From a virus (taxonomy: Duplodnaviria; Caudoviricetes), in IMG/VR virus record IMGVR_UViG_3300032883_000356, positions 1-63,677 of that record: a stretch of 63,677 bases of DNA. One strand, 5' to 3'. The position numbers were made by a program, and so were the translations under genes. Positions within the stretch are counted from its first letter, which is position 1, and every line of letters begins with the position of its first letter. Of the stretch, positions 54,651 through 63,677 are shown one piece after another. The notes under the pieces are model-generated. The model had not been told where the DNA came from, did not search any database, and saw nothing but the letters and a program-made list of their open reading frames with translations.

Positions 54651-54977
54651 CTATGCTACCAGGACAGGAATAATAACCCCATCCCCTGCATTATCGGCAT
54701 CAATATAAACTTCTGCCATGTTTGTACCATTCAATTCTACGGTTATCCCGGCACTGAAAGACGGTTGAGATTGGTCAAGAATAGCCAGTATGTATCTAAG
54801 TGGTATTCTATCATCGGTGGGGGAAAGAGAAATATATACATTCCCCACGTTTGTTTTTAATCTCTGTGTTGCGTAAGCATGAACGTAAAGCGGCTCGGCT
54901 GGATCTGGTAAGTTAATCGTTGCCCTTACCGGTTGTCCAGGTGTAGTTACCACCACTTTTCCAAGTGAACCTTGCAT
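54651..54977 (-). CDS. Small beta structural protein
   Basis: N.GNVYI and EVYIDADNAGDGV; distantly like paralogs D1/D2. Confidence 0.55.
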   Translation of the reverse strand: MQGSLGKVVVTTPGQPVRATINLPDPAEPLYVHAYATQRLKTNVGNVYISLSPTDDRIPLRYILAILDQSQPSFSAGITVELNGTNMAEVYIDADNAGDGVIIPVLVA

Positions 54978-55164
54978 ACCTTTTTCCTAATTCTTATGAG
55001 TATATTCTTGATTTTAACAAGAAACATCTTCCACCATGATTGTGACACACAAACGTCAATAGGTTGCTCGCCCATGGTTGGTAGTTTGCCGAAGAAAAAA
55101 ACACTTTCTCCCGGTTCCCCATGCTCTGTTGATATTAAATCTTGGCCCAGTTGAAATGCATATC

Positions 55165-55956
55165 TCATATACACTGTCCACCGGTAGATGAACCTCCTGC
55201 CGAATTTCCGGGAATGTAGTTTGCTCCTCCCCCATTAGTTTGCAACACGCCATTACCAAAAACATTATATCTTGTACCGGTTACTGTATTTCCATTAACA
55301 AAGGTCAAACCAGCGCACTGCAACTCTGACAAAATACCGCATACAAAATTAGTCGCCGAGAACACCGGATTATTAGAATAGGTAATCTGGTGTGCGCTTA
55401 TAAAGGCTTGGGCTTGATCTCCAACAAATATATGATACGGAGCACTTCCAATTACGGAGTAGTCCCCCTTCATCTCCATATAAGAACCGTAAATACAGTA
55501 AATATGACCGCTAAACGAAGTATCAAAAACAAGATTTTGAAAATAAATTGCACCAAAAATCTCAGCGATAAGACACCAGGATGCGGTAGATTTCAACTTC
55601 ATATCCTGAACCCAAACAGGAGATTGCCTGTTTTCTATAGCATTAAAACAAGGACCGGAAGTAATAATGGAAACGTTATCTGGATTCGACAAATTACCTT
55701 TTATTTTGACTTGGCCCCCACCGGATACATATGGTTTTAAAACCGTCGAGGATGTATATACACCATCCCCAATCTTAATTGTGACATTGTAATACGATAA
55801 ATCCAGAATTTTTATTATATGATCATATGCAGCCTGAATAGTCAAAAAAGCATGTGCTACATCATCGGCAGATCCATCATTGTTATCGTTGCCATCCGTT
55901 CTAACATAGTAAGTTCGGTCAGCTAAAAGTTGCGTCCTGTAGGAATCTATTCTCAT
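55165..55956 (-). CDS. Pectin-lyase-like beta-helix fibre/spike protein
   Basis: RTYYVRTDGNDNNDG...AFLTIQAA, TIKIGDGVY, IKGN.SNP.NV; start moved to MRIDS. Confidence 0.7.
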   Translation of the reverse strand: MRIDSYRTQLLADRTYYVRTDGNDNNDGSADDVAHAFLTIQAAYDHIIKILDLSYYNVTIKIGDGVYTSSTVLKPYVSGGGQVKIKGNLSNPDNVSIITSGPCFNAIENRQSPVWVQDMKLKSTASWCLIAEIFGAIYFQNLVFDTSFSGHIYCIYGSYMEMKGDYSVIGSAPYHIFVGDQAQAFISAHQITYSNNPVFSATNFVCGILSELQCAGLTFVNGNTVTGTRYNVFGNGVLQTNGGGANYIPGNSAGGSSTGGQCI

Positions 55957-55964
55957 ACTCGCCC

Positions 55965-57083
55965 TTACTGAATCTCCATCGTTGTAACAAAACTTACATA
56001 AGTCGCATTCACCGAAGCGGACCAATTTAAGGGCGCTAGGATCTTATTTATAACGATTTGATTTGTTCCGGCAATTACATATCCACCAGCAATTACCGCA
56101 ACGCCATTATCGGTACATAAAGCACTAAACTGACTGTAGTTATTTCTGGCAGTATACCCACCAGGAATCTTTATTTTTAGATCTGTGTTTAATGTTCCCC
56201 CAACACTCGATGTTGATACGCTTAGACTTATCCAAAGTAACTTGCCAACAACAAAATAACGAAAACAGATCAGATCTCCAGCATCAACGGTCCATGTCAT
56301 TAATCCGTTCGCTGTAAAATCTCCTGCATTGTAGGCTTGATCCTGAAATGCAGGGGTCCATGTTGGACCACTTGGTCCAACGGGACCAACCGAACCAGAA
56401 GGACCTGGGATCATTATTGGTTCGTCTGGTTCGTCCGCATCTAAACCAGGAGGACCCGTAGGACCCCGTGGGCCACCTGGTCCGGCACCCATAGTTGCAA
56501 TAATAGTACCGCTGGTCAAAACAGCAAATGTTACAGTGAAATCATTAATGGAATTGTGAACTATTGTTAATGGAATTAAAACCGCTAAAGTGCTATCTAT
56601 AATTTGAACTTCGGGATAAGAACCGAGATTGTGAGTTACGGTTACCGATGTTTGATTTAAAAACGGTTGTGTCACATATCCAGGAGCCACGGTGGGTCCC
56701 GTTGGACCAGGTGGTCCAGAAGGACCGAAAGGACCTGGGATCATCATTGGTTCGTCTGGTTCATCCACATCTAGACCTGGAGGACCTGGCATGCCCATGA
56801 CCCCCGGAGGACCAGAAGAACCTACATATAAAACCCAGTTACCGTTATTTGATAAATTATGATCACCGGAATCCTGTAATCGATAGGCGTCTCCAGTTGA
56901 ACTCAGGTATACGACCATTCCCCATTCCCTACGATCTACTGGAATGGCATCGCGTTCAACCGTACCAAGAGCTACGGTCCATCCCCCTTTTCCATATATA
57001 CTGTCGTGAGTTGGGTAAATATCGGTACTATCTGTCGGACAAATAAAACCTGTAACCCGAACCCCTCCTGGTATAACTGGCAT
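55965..57083 (-). CDS. Collagen-like fibre protein
   Basis: Gxy runs, V.HNLG.YP.VQ domain, duplicated PGLD.DEPDEP.MIPGP. Confidence 0.75.
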   Translation of the reverse strand: MPVIPGGVRVTGFICPTDSTDIYPTHDSIYGKGGWTVALGTVERDAIPVDRREWGMVVYLSSTGDAYRLQDSGDHNLSNNGNWVLYVGSSGPPGVMGMPGPPGLDVDEPDEPMMIPGPFGPSGPPGPTGPTVAPGYVTQPFLNQTSVTVTHNLGSYPEVQIIDSTLAVLIPLTIVHNSINDFTVTFAVLTSGTIIATMGAGPGGPRGPTGPPGLDADEPDEPIMIPGPSGSVGPVGPSGPTWTPAFQDQAYNAGDFTANGLMTWTVDAGDLICFRYFVVGKLLWISLSVSTSSVGGTLNTDLKIKIPGGYTARNNYSQFSALCTDNGVAVIAGGYVIAGTNQIVINKILAPLNWSASVNATYVSFVTTMEIQ

Positions 57084-57085
57084 AA

Positions 57086-57997
57086 TTAACTCACTATTAT
57101 ATCAATTGCTGATCCCAAAATATTTGTAGATCTATGTACGTTATAGTTGGTGGTAATACCATTTACATTGGTTACTGATACTGTATATACAGTTTCAAAT
57201 GGCACATTCAATAATGTTAACGAATCTTTAAACAACGTAGCTGTACCAAGTACCGATGGATAGCATAAATATTTATACCCACCAGCAAGATAAGAATATG
57301 TACTGGCTATTGCTGCTTTTAAAACGCCAATCCTTAGGGCTTTTATATCTGCTTCAATTAACGGTCCTGCGTTTATTGATTCTCCGTAATAAAACATCCA
57401 TTCCCATGCTACCGTAAGAGTTTTGCTAAATACCTGCACTTTTGTATTTGTGGCTCTAATCGTCCATACATTTGTTGTAGCGGTAATCTTTTGAACTACT
57501 CCAATATTTACGTTTTCCGTTCCATCATCCACAAGTCCTACAGCTAAATCAACCGCACCGGTTGTATCCCTAATTGCCACACTATTAACTTGAACATTTG
57601 TCGGATTGGAATCCGCCCAAGTGAAAGTCTTAATTCCGGATATAGTATCGCCAACTTCCACTGGACTAGAAACCCCGACCATAACAAATGATGTAAATGA
57701 AGGATACTGATAGGGATACAATAATCCATCCCACAGTTGTTGCAAAGTATCGTTTGAAAACGTAGACCCTGTTTCCCATCCACCTACTGTAGATGGCATT
57801 GGAGTGGCATTGTTGTACGTAAAACTTGGACCTGGTGGACCGGGAACCATAATCGGTTCATCAAATTCTTCAATATCAAATCCGGGAGGACCTTGTAAAC
57901 CTCCAGGACCCTGAAGTCCGGGAGGTCCTGGAGGTCCCGGTACACCAGCCCCGCCACCAGCAGTAATGCCGATATCTCCACCAACCGAAAATGACAT
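57086..57997 (-). CDS. Collagen-like structural protein
   Basis: N-terminal Gxy run with PGFDIEEFDEPIMVPGP, Ig-like remainder. Confidence 0.7.
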   Translation of the reverse strand: MSFSVGGDIGITAGGGAGVPGPPGPPGLQGPGGLQGPPGFDIEEFDEPIMVPGPPGPSFTYNNATPMPSTVGGWETGSTFSNDTLQQLWDGLLYPYQYPSFTSFVMVGVSSPVEVGDTISGIKTFTWADSNPTNVQVNSVAIRDTTGAVDLAVGLVDDGTENVNIGVVQKITATTNVWTIRATNTKVQVFSKTLTVAWEWMFYYGESINAGPLIEADIKALRIGVLKAAIASTYSYLAGGYKYLCYPSVLGTATLFKDSLTLLNVPFETVYTVSVTNVNGITTNYNVHRSTNILGSAIDIIVS

Positions 57998-58012
57998 ATA
58001 TTATTCCCAGAA

Positions 58013-58357
58013 CTATCCAAGAACTATTTCGTCGCCGTCAAGGGTAAGGGTTAGGACATTATTTGTGCCAGAAAACGCTTGAATAATTTCTGCGACATCT
58101 AAAACATAATAACAAAACCAATCCACCACGGAAGCCGTAACACCAGCCGCTGCAGCTGGAATGCTGAAAGCATCAATAATACGAGCCGCAGCCGCATCAG
58201 CCCCTATAGACATAGTGAATGTTACTGGAGACCCCGATGGATTTTGGACGTGAATATGGCGCAGGATTGTTTTGGTTAGGGCAGGAACTGTATACTTAGT
58301 AGCCGCCGCGTTTGAGACCTGTGCTGGTCCCGCTAATCTTTTTGGTACTCTAGCCAT
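58013..58357 (-). CDS. Small structural protein
   Basis: T.YTVPA...I...I.V.N...G.E pattern common in phage virion proteins. Confidence 0.6.
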   Translation of the reverse strand: MARVPKRLAGPAQVSNAAATKYTVPALTKTILRHIHVQNPSGSPVTFTMSIGADAAAARIIDAFSIPAAAAGVTASVVDWFCYYVLDVAEIIQAFSGTNNVLTLTLDGDEIVLG

Positions 58358-58390
58358 GAGATTTTATTACCTTATTTAAATGTTAAATTG

Positions 58391-58603
58391 TTAACGTGAT
58401 CCACCACGAGATTTATGTCTTTTACCAGCGAATCTCTTTCCAGTACGAGCAAGAGAAACCATCTTTCTCATATGAGGATCTTTGCTACTTTTAGCCGAAG
58501 CCATCTTAGACTCCGGAATCTTTTCACCTTCTTTTACACCCAATGCACGATGAAGCCTTCCCGGATGTGCCCCAAATGCTTTCCGCATCCATTTTTCAGC
58601 CAT
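58391..58603 (-). CDS. Small basic phage protein
   Basis: KW...A....PG.LH.ALGV..GEKIP..K motif; RHKSRGGSR tail. Confidence 0.7.
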   Translation of the reverse strand: MAEKWMRKAFGAHPGRLHRALGVKEGEKIPESKMASAKSSKDPHMRKMVSLARTGKRFAGKRHKSRGGSR

Positions 58604-58605
58604 CT

Positions 58606-58956
58606 CTAACTCCTAATCGGTTTTCCGTCCGGACCCAACAATCCAATTTCTTTGGCTGAAGAATTCGGACCTAAAATTATCTTTGTTGATTCTGGGCGGG
58701 CAACCTCAATTTCCCGATAACATCTATGACACTTAAAGGAAATAGATTCTCCGGAAGATCCTTTCGCTTCATATGCAGATCTTTTATTTCTTTGGCCACA
58801 TCCGGGGCATTCAAAAACAATGTAATCCGTACCCTTCTCTCTTGGGCCAATCCTTGTAACGTATCTTCCTTTATTTATTTTTTTCGTACTACATTTATGA
58901 CCACCACCATGATTGACGACTTTCAAGGATTTACCTTGTAAGATTATTCCCGACAT
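58606..58956 (-). CDS. Zinc-ribbon protein
   Basis: CPGC...CHRC; ends LLGPDGKPI. Confidence 0.6.
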   Translation of the reverse strand: MSGIILQGKSLKVVNHGGGHKCSTKKINKGRYVTRIGPREKGTDYIVFECPGCGQRNKRSAYEAKGSSGESISFKCHRCYREIEVARPESTKIILGPNSSAKEIGLLGPDGKPIRS

Positions 58957-58979
58957 ACTACATCCCTATCTTAATAACA

Positions 58980-59234
58980 CTAAACCGATTCATTGACACA
59001 CCAAATAACAGGAAGTTCTGGATACATAGGTGGACAATATGGTATTGCCGGAGGCGCAACATACCAGGGATAAGGAATAGGATATGGGTATGGATAGTAT
59101 TTTTCTGTTAATACTATGGCTTCTCTTTTACCTAAGATTACATCTAACGTTGTTCTAAGTTCCTCGGCTTCTTCTTTGGATAACTCAAGTTCTTTGTCGC
59201 CGATTTTAATTTTAATTGATTTAATTTCTATCAT
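58980..59234 (-). CDS. Hypothetical protein
   Basis: IKIGDKELELS.EEA..L plus a Tyr/Pro-rich tail. Confidence 0.6.
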   Translation of the reverse strand: MIEIKSIKIKIGDKELELSKEEAEELRTTLDVILGKREAIVLTEKYYPYPYPIPYPWYVAPPAIPYCPPMYPELPVIWCVNESV

Positions 59235-59243
59235 AAATTATTC

Positions 59244-61136
59244 CTATACCGTAGGAGTGGGTGCCCCACCACCTGCAGGCGAACTATCCAAGCCCTTGAG
59301 CACTTCTGGGGATACCGCACCACCCCCACCGGCACCAGACATCTTTTGTCTGATCATATTAACAAAGAATTCTTTTCCTTCTTGGTCAAGATTCTTCTGT
59401 ATACTTTCCTTTAGACCACCAAGGTCCAAAGCTTCCAACATGTTATCCCGATCCATATCACCCATACGCCTCAAATTAAGCATAAGCATTTGCTGTGGAA
59501 TACGAGCGGATTTTAACAATGATCCAGGTTGAATCATAAATTGGAACGATCTCCAATGTTCTTCTTTTGGTACACCATGTGGAACCATTGTTCCGGGGTC
59601 AAAATCAAAATCCTCAAAAGTCTTTCCGTCTTCGCCCAACATTTGAATTCTTCTCTTTAGTCCATAAAACTGGAAAATATTAGGAATAAATTGCTTACCT
59701 ATATCCTTTAGAAATCCTTCGATGTATCTTACCTTTAATCGAACTAGTGTTTGTTGTCCCTCTTTCATCTGTTCCAGTGTATCTGCGGCGGGTACAATGC
59801 CCTTTCTGCTCACGGAACTTAAATCAATAAATCCAGATTGGGCATCCAGTTCCTGTTGTGCGTATAACATGGTCTGGAAAACAAATCCTGGTAATGCTGG
59901 AGTGGGAGCATACTGAGGTGGGTTAATAGCCGCTGGATTATAGAATACTTTGGCTCCTGGCATATTAGGATCTAGATTTCTCTTAACAGCTAAACTGAAT
60001 GCATTATCCGGAGAAACAAGAGGTGGATTTACTGCTTTCTTAACCGCATCTAAAATACCAGCTAGAATGTTATTCATTACATCCTGTAATGGTATCTGGT
60101 TCCTGAATTCAGAAACACCAGGCCACTGCCAAGGAACCCTATTCAATCTTAGTGCAGCAAAAGGAAAAGCTCCATGCCAAAACGGGTTTGGGCCATCGTA
60201 CAACACGACCGGCCCACCCATTGTTATCAATCGTCCCCTTGGATACAATCTCTGTCCTGATTGGACAACGTACCCGTATCCTTTATCTATATCCCCTACA
60301 AATACGGATTTATCCGATGTATTTTTCTGATTATCACGAATCCAGAACTCTCTATATAGGGCCATTGGGATAACAGAATCGCGGTACTGCGAAGCTGATT
60401 GTCCAAAGAGACGACGCATTTGGGGGGATAGTACTTGCCATGCCCTCCCCCACATTCCTTGACCGGCACCAGATGATGCCGTATTAATATATTGTGAATA
60501 CTCTCTATCTATTGGTACCGCAAAACCCTTAGTAGGATACTTCTCCTGAAACCAGGTTAATGGTTTAGGTACTCTGTAGATAACCCCAAGGGCCTTCTGA
60601 AGGTTATGTCCAGGTCTAATTGGAATCACATCCATCGGTCCACATGCGGTAAGCTCGAATTCGCCGTCACCATTCATTAAATCCGGATTCCAGGTTAATC
60701 TTCCGTATCCAATTGTAAGAGCACTATGGATGATGATCATAGCCATAGTCATATCAATGTCTTCGTTAAAAAACCAAGCTTTGATCAACTGATTTAATAT
60801 TTTAGCATGCTTATCATAAAGTCTGTTGTTAGCCTTAACTTCAAACGTTTGACGAATATCTGTAAGGTAAGAAACAAGTTGAATTAGATTGGTCCACAAC
60901 CGGTTTGCTACTGGGGCTGATTTGTATGACGGTCTTCGTTCTACCCATTGCTTTCCCATAAGATAATTGATATTTCTATCAATCATTACGATTTCTTCGT
61001 ATTTTTCTAATTCGTCCTTTGCTTCTTCAAAAACCGCCTGACACCACGATCCTACACTCTTGTCGTGTTCGGTCAACTGAAGATTCGTTTCCATTCCAGC
61101 AGAATCATACGAATAAAACCCAGGAAGATTTGGCAT
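59244..61136 (-). CDS. Portal protein
   Basis: 630 aa near the terminase; YL.GKQW, G.VVLYDGPNPF, FPF, IPLQ..MN; P22/T7-type layout. Confidence 0.85.
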   Translation of the reverse strand: MPNLPGFYSYDSAGMETNLQLTEHDKSVGSWCQAVFEEAKDELEKYEEIVMIDRNINYLMGKQWVERRPSYKSAPVANRLWTNLIQLVSYLTDIRQTFEVKANNRLYDKHAKILNQLIKAWFFNEDIDMTMAMIIIHSALTIGYGRLTWNPDLMNGDGEFELTACGPMDVIPIRPGHNLQKALGVIYRVPKPLTWFQEKYPTKGFAVPIDREYSQYINTASSGAGQGMWGRAWQVLSPQMRRLFGQSASQYRDSVIPMALYREFWIRDNQKNTSDKSVFVGDIDKGYGYVVQSGQRLYPRGRLITMGGPVVLYDGPNPFWHGAFPFAALRLNRVPWQWPGVSEFRNQIPLQDVMNNILAGILDAVKKAVNPPLVSPDNAFSLAVKRNLDPNMPGAKVFYNPAAINPPQYAPTPALPGFVFQTMLYAQQELDAQSGFIDLSSVSRKGIVPAADTLEQMKEGQQTLVRLKVRYIEGFLKDIGKQFIPNIFQFYGLKRRIQMLGEDGKTFEDFDFDPGTMVPHGVPKEEHWRSFQFMIQPGSLLKSARIPQQMLMLNLRRMGDMDRDNMLEALDLGGLKESIQKNLDQEGKEFFVNMIRQKMSGAGGGGAVSPEVLKGLDSSPAGGGAPTPTV

Positions 61137-61166
61137 AATTATATTCTTTCGATTATCATCACTCTT

Positions 61167-61186
61167 AGTTTATCACCCAATGTCAA
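61167..61186 (-). promoter_or_regulatory. Short-spacer promoter-like element
   Basis: TTGACA-ttgggtga-TAAACT (8-nt spacer). Confidence 0.55.
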
Positions 61187-61191
61187 GATAT

Positions 61192-61479
61192 CTAGGGCGT
61201 TTCTGACTGCGGAGGAGAACCACAATCTGCCATCTTAACACCGTGCTCAGCCTCAAGTTGGCGCAATTGTCCAGAACCTGTTACGGTAACTGGCGTTCCG
61301 TCTTCCATTATATTTTTTGTAGTAAATACAGGAAACACATGCACATTCGCTAAGGAGTACAATCTGTCTCCCGCTCCACCACATACCTGACACGTTTCGA
61401 ACATTATTGCATGAGGAATTGAAGAAAAAGATTCCCAGACCTTGCTACATTTTTTGCATTGATATTCGTATAGTGGCAT
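61192..61479 (-). CDS. FmdB-family zinc-ribbon protein
   Basis: MPLYEYQCKKC...CQVCGG...R.YS. Confidence 0.85.
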   Translation of the reverse strand: MPLYEYQCKKCSKVWESFSSIPHAIMFETCQVCGGAGDRLYSLANVHVFPVFTTKNIMEDGTPVTVTGSGQLRQLEAEHGVKMADCGSPPQSETP

Positions 61480-62216
61480 TAGAAAAGCTCCGTTCTTTCA
61501 ATCCTTCCCATAGAAATCTTATTCTTCCATGGTCTAAAAATAATCTCTTGAATGACACTAAAAGCTCTTTCATCTATAGACTCAAAATATATTTCTACCG
61601 TGAATGTGTAATCATCAAACAGTTCATTGATAGTAGTAGGATCACTAGATTTATGCAATACCTTATGTAACATGAACCTTTCAATTGGACCACCCGGTTT
61701 GTATTCCACGCTTAATTGAATAGACTTTCCCGGACCAAGACTAGAAATATCTTTAGGGGAAAATGACACTTCTTCTTGAGTCCACTCTTTATCGTATTCG
61801 TATTCTATCCCTCGTCTTATTACCTGATCCTTCCTAACAAGTTGTGGGATTTTCACCCTAACAGGAAGTACGGTAATATTTACTGCTGTATTATTTACAG
61901 ATAAATTTCTCAGAGTAATCTCATAAGATTTGGGTTCTGGTACATTGGTAGGTAATATCATAATCGGAACCGGTTCCAATACCTTGTCTTTCTTTTTTCT
62001 GGATTTTTTGGGTAATGGCTTCGCTTCCTGTGGATCTTCGTTGGAAATTGTCCTGTCTGCAACATTAGGCGGTAGCATTGGTTCTTCATGTTCATATTCC
62101 AATGCAAGTAAAAGGTCTGTAGGCTGGGGCTTCTTTTTAAACCAATCTTTGAAACTTTTCATAACAACTCCTTTAATTTTATACGAATTAATAATACCAC
62201 TGACAATCCAATCCAT
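61479..62216 (-). CDS. Hypothetical protein
   Basis: ORF in operon; the true start is probably MKSFKD near 62162 (AAGGAG RBS). Confidence 0.55.
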   Translation of the reverse strand: MDWIVSGIINSYKIKGVVMKSFKDWFKKKPQPTDLLLALEYEHEEPMLPPNVADRTISNEDPQEAKPLPKKSRKKKDKVLEPVPIMILPTNVPEPKSYEITLRNLSVNNTAVNITVLPVRVKIPQLVRKDQVIRRGIEYEYDKEWTQEEVSFSPKDISSLGPGKSIQLSVEYKPGGPIERFMLHKVLHKSSDPTTINELFDDYTFTVEIYFESIDERAFSVIQEIIFRPWKNKISMGRIERTELF

Positions 62217-62796
62217 CTTCTACCTTGGCATTCATGTATCTTGTAATGTCCATCCCATTGGCCTCGGCAATGTCCTTTATAGGTTCAACGTGACGTTCCG
62301 GAATGACAAGCTGTATCACGGCATCCCCTCCGACTCCACGAACTGTTCCTGGTCCGCTTCCTGTTCCGCGCACCTTCTGTGCAGCTTCAGCGCGAGCTAA
62401 TAATTCTTTAGTGTCTTGAAGCGCCTGGTGGAGAGCGAACACTGCACCGAACAAACTAGAACTATCGGTAAAATGTCCAATAAGTTGAGTCATTCGGGTA
62501 ACATCAACAGGTGTTAATTTTAATGCCGAAACACCTGCTGCATCAATGGGATCTGTTATATCTTTGGCAACTTCCAACGGTTGGACTGGTGGCGCGGGTG
62601 GTTTGGGTGGTTCCTTGGCTTTCTTTTGTTCGTTCATTGTTCTTGTTAAATTACTTAATTCTTCACGGTCTTCGTAGACATGTTCCCTGCCACATCTTAA
62701 TGGTTGAGTAGAACCAAGCCTATACTGAAGAGCCTCATCTATTCCATCCTGAAGGTAACATTTCGGGCACATGTCCGGTTTTCTTTCTTTTATCAT
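62188..62796 (-). CDS. Zinc-finger/coiled-coil protein with a C-terminal ribbon-helix-helix-like domain
   Basis: CPKC...CGREH; VIQLVIPERHVEPIKDIAEANGMDITRYM fits an RHH pattern. Confidence 0.5.
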   Translation of the reverse strand: MIKERKPDMCPKCYLQDGIDEALQYRLGSTQPLRCGREHVYEDREELSNLTRTMNEQKKAKEPPKPPAPPVQPLEVAKDITDPIDAAGVSALKLTPVDVTRMTQLIGHFTDSSSLFGAVFALHQALQDTKELLARAEAAQKVRGTGSGPGTVRGVGGDAVIQLVIPERHVEPIKDIAEANGMDITRYMNAKVEDGLDCQWYY

Positions 62797-62815
62797 TTAA
62801 AACTCCTTGTATCTT

Positions 62816-62835
62816 TTAATACCAGATAGTGGCAA
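62816..62835 (-). promoter_or_regulatory. Short-spacer promoter-like element
   Basis: TTGCCA-ctatctgg-TATTAA (8-nt spacer), 20 nt before an AAGGAG-led ATG. Confidence 0.45.
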
Positions 62836-62838
62836 TTT

Positions 62839-63360
62839 TTAGTCATTATCTGGTTTAACTAAATATTGTATTGCTTTTGTTAATAATTCGGGGTCATCTT
62901 CAAAAAACCCTATCCCGGTATTACATTTATGACACAATAAACCCCTGACCGTACCAGTATTATGACAATGATCAACATCGAATTCATCCACATTGTTTGC
63001 GGGTTTACCACATATGGCACACGAATCGTTCTGAGATTTTAATATTTCTTCTCGATTTTCCCTGGTTATACCATATGAATATTGCATGTGCCATTCGTGT
63101 ACTTTTTCTTTGTTTTTTAGGTAATATCTTTTGGATTGAATCCTTCTTTTATCTTTGTTTTTATTGTTCCATTCCCTATTCCTGGTTTTTGTTTTTTCTG
63201 GGTCTTTGTGGTAACACTTCAACCTGGATACTCTTCTCGATTCCTCATATTTTTCCTTGCTGCAAGACTTGCAATATGTCTGAAGCCCATCGTACCTATT
63301 TTTATGGATACCAAATTTATCGTTTTCCAATTCTAGCTTGCAACCTGGACATGTTTTCAT
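62839..63360 (-). CDS. Endonuclease VII-family homing-type endonuclease
   Basis: KTCPGC...DGLQTYCKSC, YGIT, QNDSCAICG, VDHCHNTGTVRGLLCHKCNTGIG. Confidence 0.9.
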   Translation of the reverse strand: MKTCPGCKLELENDKFGIHKNRYDGLQTYCKSCSKEKYEESRRVSRLKCYHKDPEKTKTRNREWNNKNKDKRRIQSKRYYLKNKEKVHEWHMQYSYGITRENREEILKSQNDSCAICGKPANNVDEFDVDHCHNTGTVRGLLCHKCNTGIGFFEDDPELLTKAIQYLVKPDND

Positions 63361-63362
63361 AA

Positions 63363-63677
63363 TTATAGTTCCTCAAAACGAGGCGTTCCTGGATCTTGTC
63401 CATATTCGGGAGAGTCCTTGTCCCAAAATAATGAAAAATCCGTATTTTGGTAGTCAACGTCTGGTGCTGGTTTTTCCTCAATTGGTGCATTGGTTCGTGG
63501 ACGCAATTGTGTAGCTACATAGTAACAAATCATATGTGTCATTACACAGTCGTCCGTAGCTCCCACTCTTGCGCTGTATCTTCCGCTACCCTCTTCTTCT
63601 TCAACAAAGTCGAAGAACTCATCAATGTCTTCCTCGCAACGAATTATTACCGTCCACTCGTTTAGGGCCTCCCTGTA
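63363..63677 (-). CDS. terL: Terminase large subunit, C-terminal nuclease end (partial)
   Basis: Frame open from the window edge: ...IDEFFDFVEEEGSGRYSARVGATDDCVMTHMICYYVA..., matching G.hDD.Vm; upstream of the portal. Confidence 0.75.
   Translation of the reverse strand, partial: YREALNEWTVIIRCEEDIDEFFDFVEEEEGSGRYSARVGATDDCVMTHMICYYVATQLRPRTNAPIEEKPAPDVDYQNTDFSLFWDKDSPEYGQDPGTPRFEEL

Noticed and set aside
1-63677. CRISPR array, rRNA, introns or stop-codon reassignment
   Set aside because: No regularly spaced repeats or rRNA seen; nuclease genes sit between intact genes rather than splitting them; core genes are full length in the standard code

Overview
A 63.7-kb, densely coding segment of a podovirus-like dsDNA phage, almost all on the minus strand. 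Read right to left it holds the terminase large subunit C-terminus (cut by the window edge), portal, collagen-like fibre/decoration genes, a cluster of tiny basic proteins, scaffold, major capsid, adaptors, tail nozzle, three ejection (internal virion) proteins, lysis genes, and a replication/recombination/nucleotide module (SbcCD, SSB, primase-helicase, HD hydrolase, ThyX). A plus-strand block at the left end encodes a tyrosine recombinase and glycosyltransferases. There are six HNH/EndoVII/GIY-YIG nuclease genes. No rRNA, tRNA, CRISPR array, reverse transcriptase or DNA polymerase was recognised. Most notable observations: (1) a recurring promoter-like element with only 8-9 bp between a TTGACA-like and a TANNNT-like hexamer in front of virion and lysis genes, while other genes carry normal 17-bp promoters; (2) a 2743-aa ejection protein carrying a cobalamin-binding/radical SAM domain, an HExxH metallopeptidase and an HhH-type glycosylase, with a repeated linker at domain junctions; (3) a short structured region upstream of thyX encoding an SsrA-tag-like peptide; (4) three small proteins sharing a KGGRVK...HKGE...SRK C-terminal module; (5) a candidate origin next to a duplicated helix-turn-helix. 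All calls come from reading motifs by eye; no searches were run.
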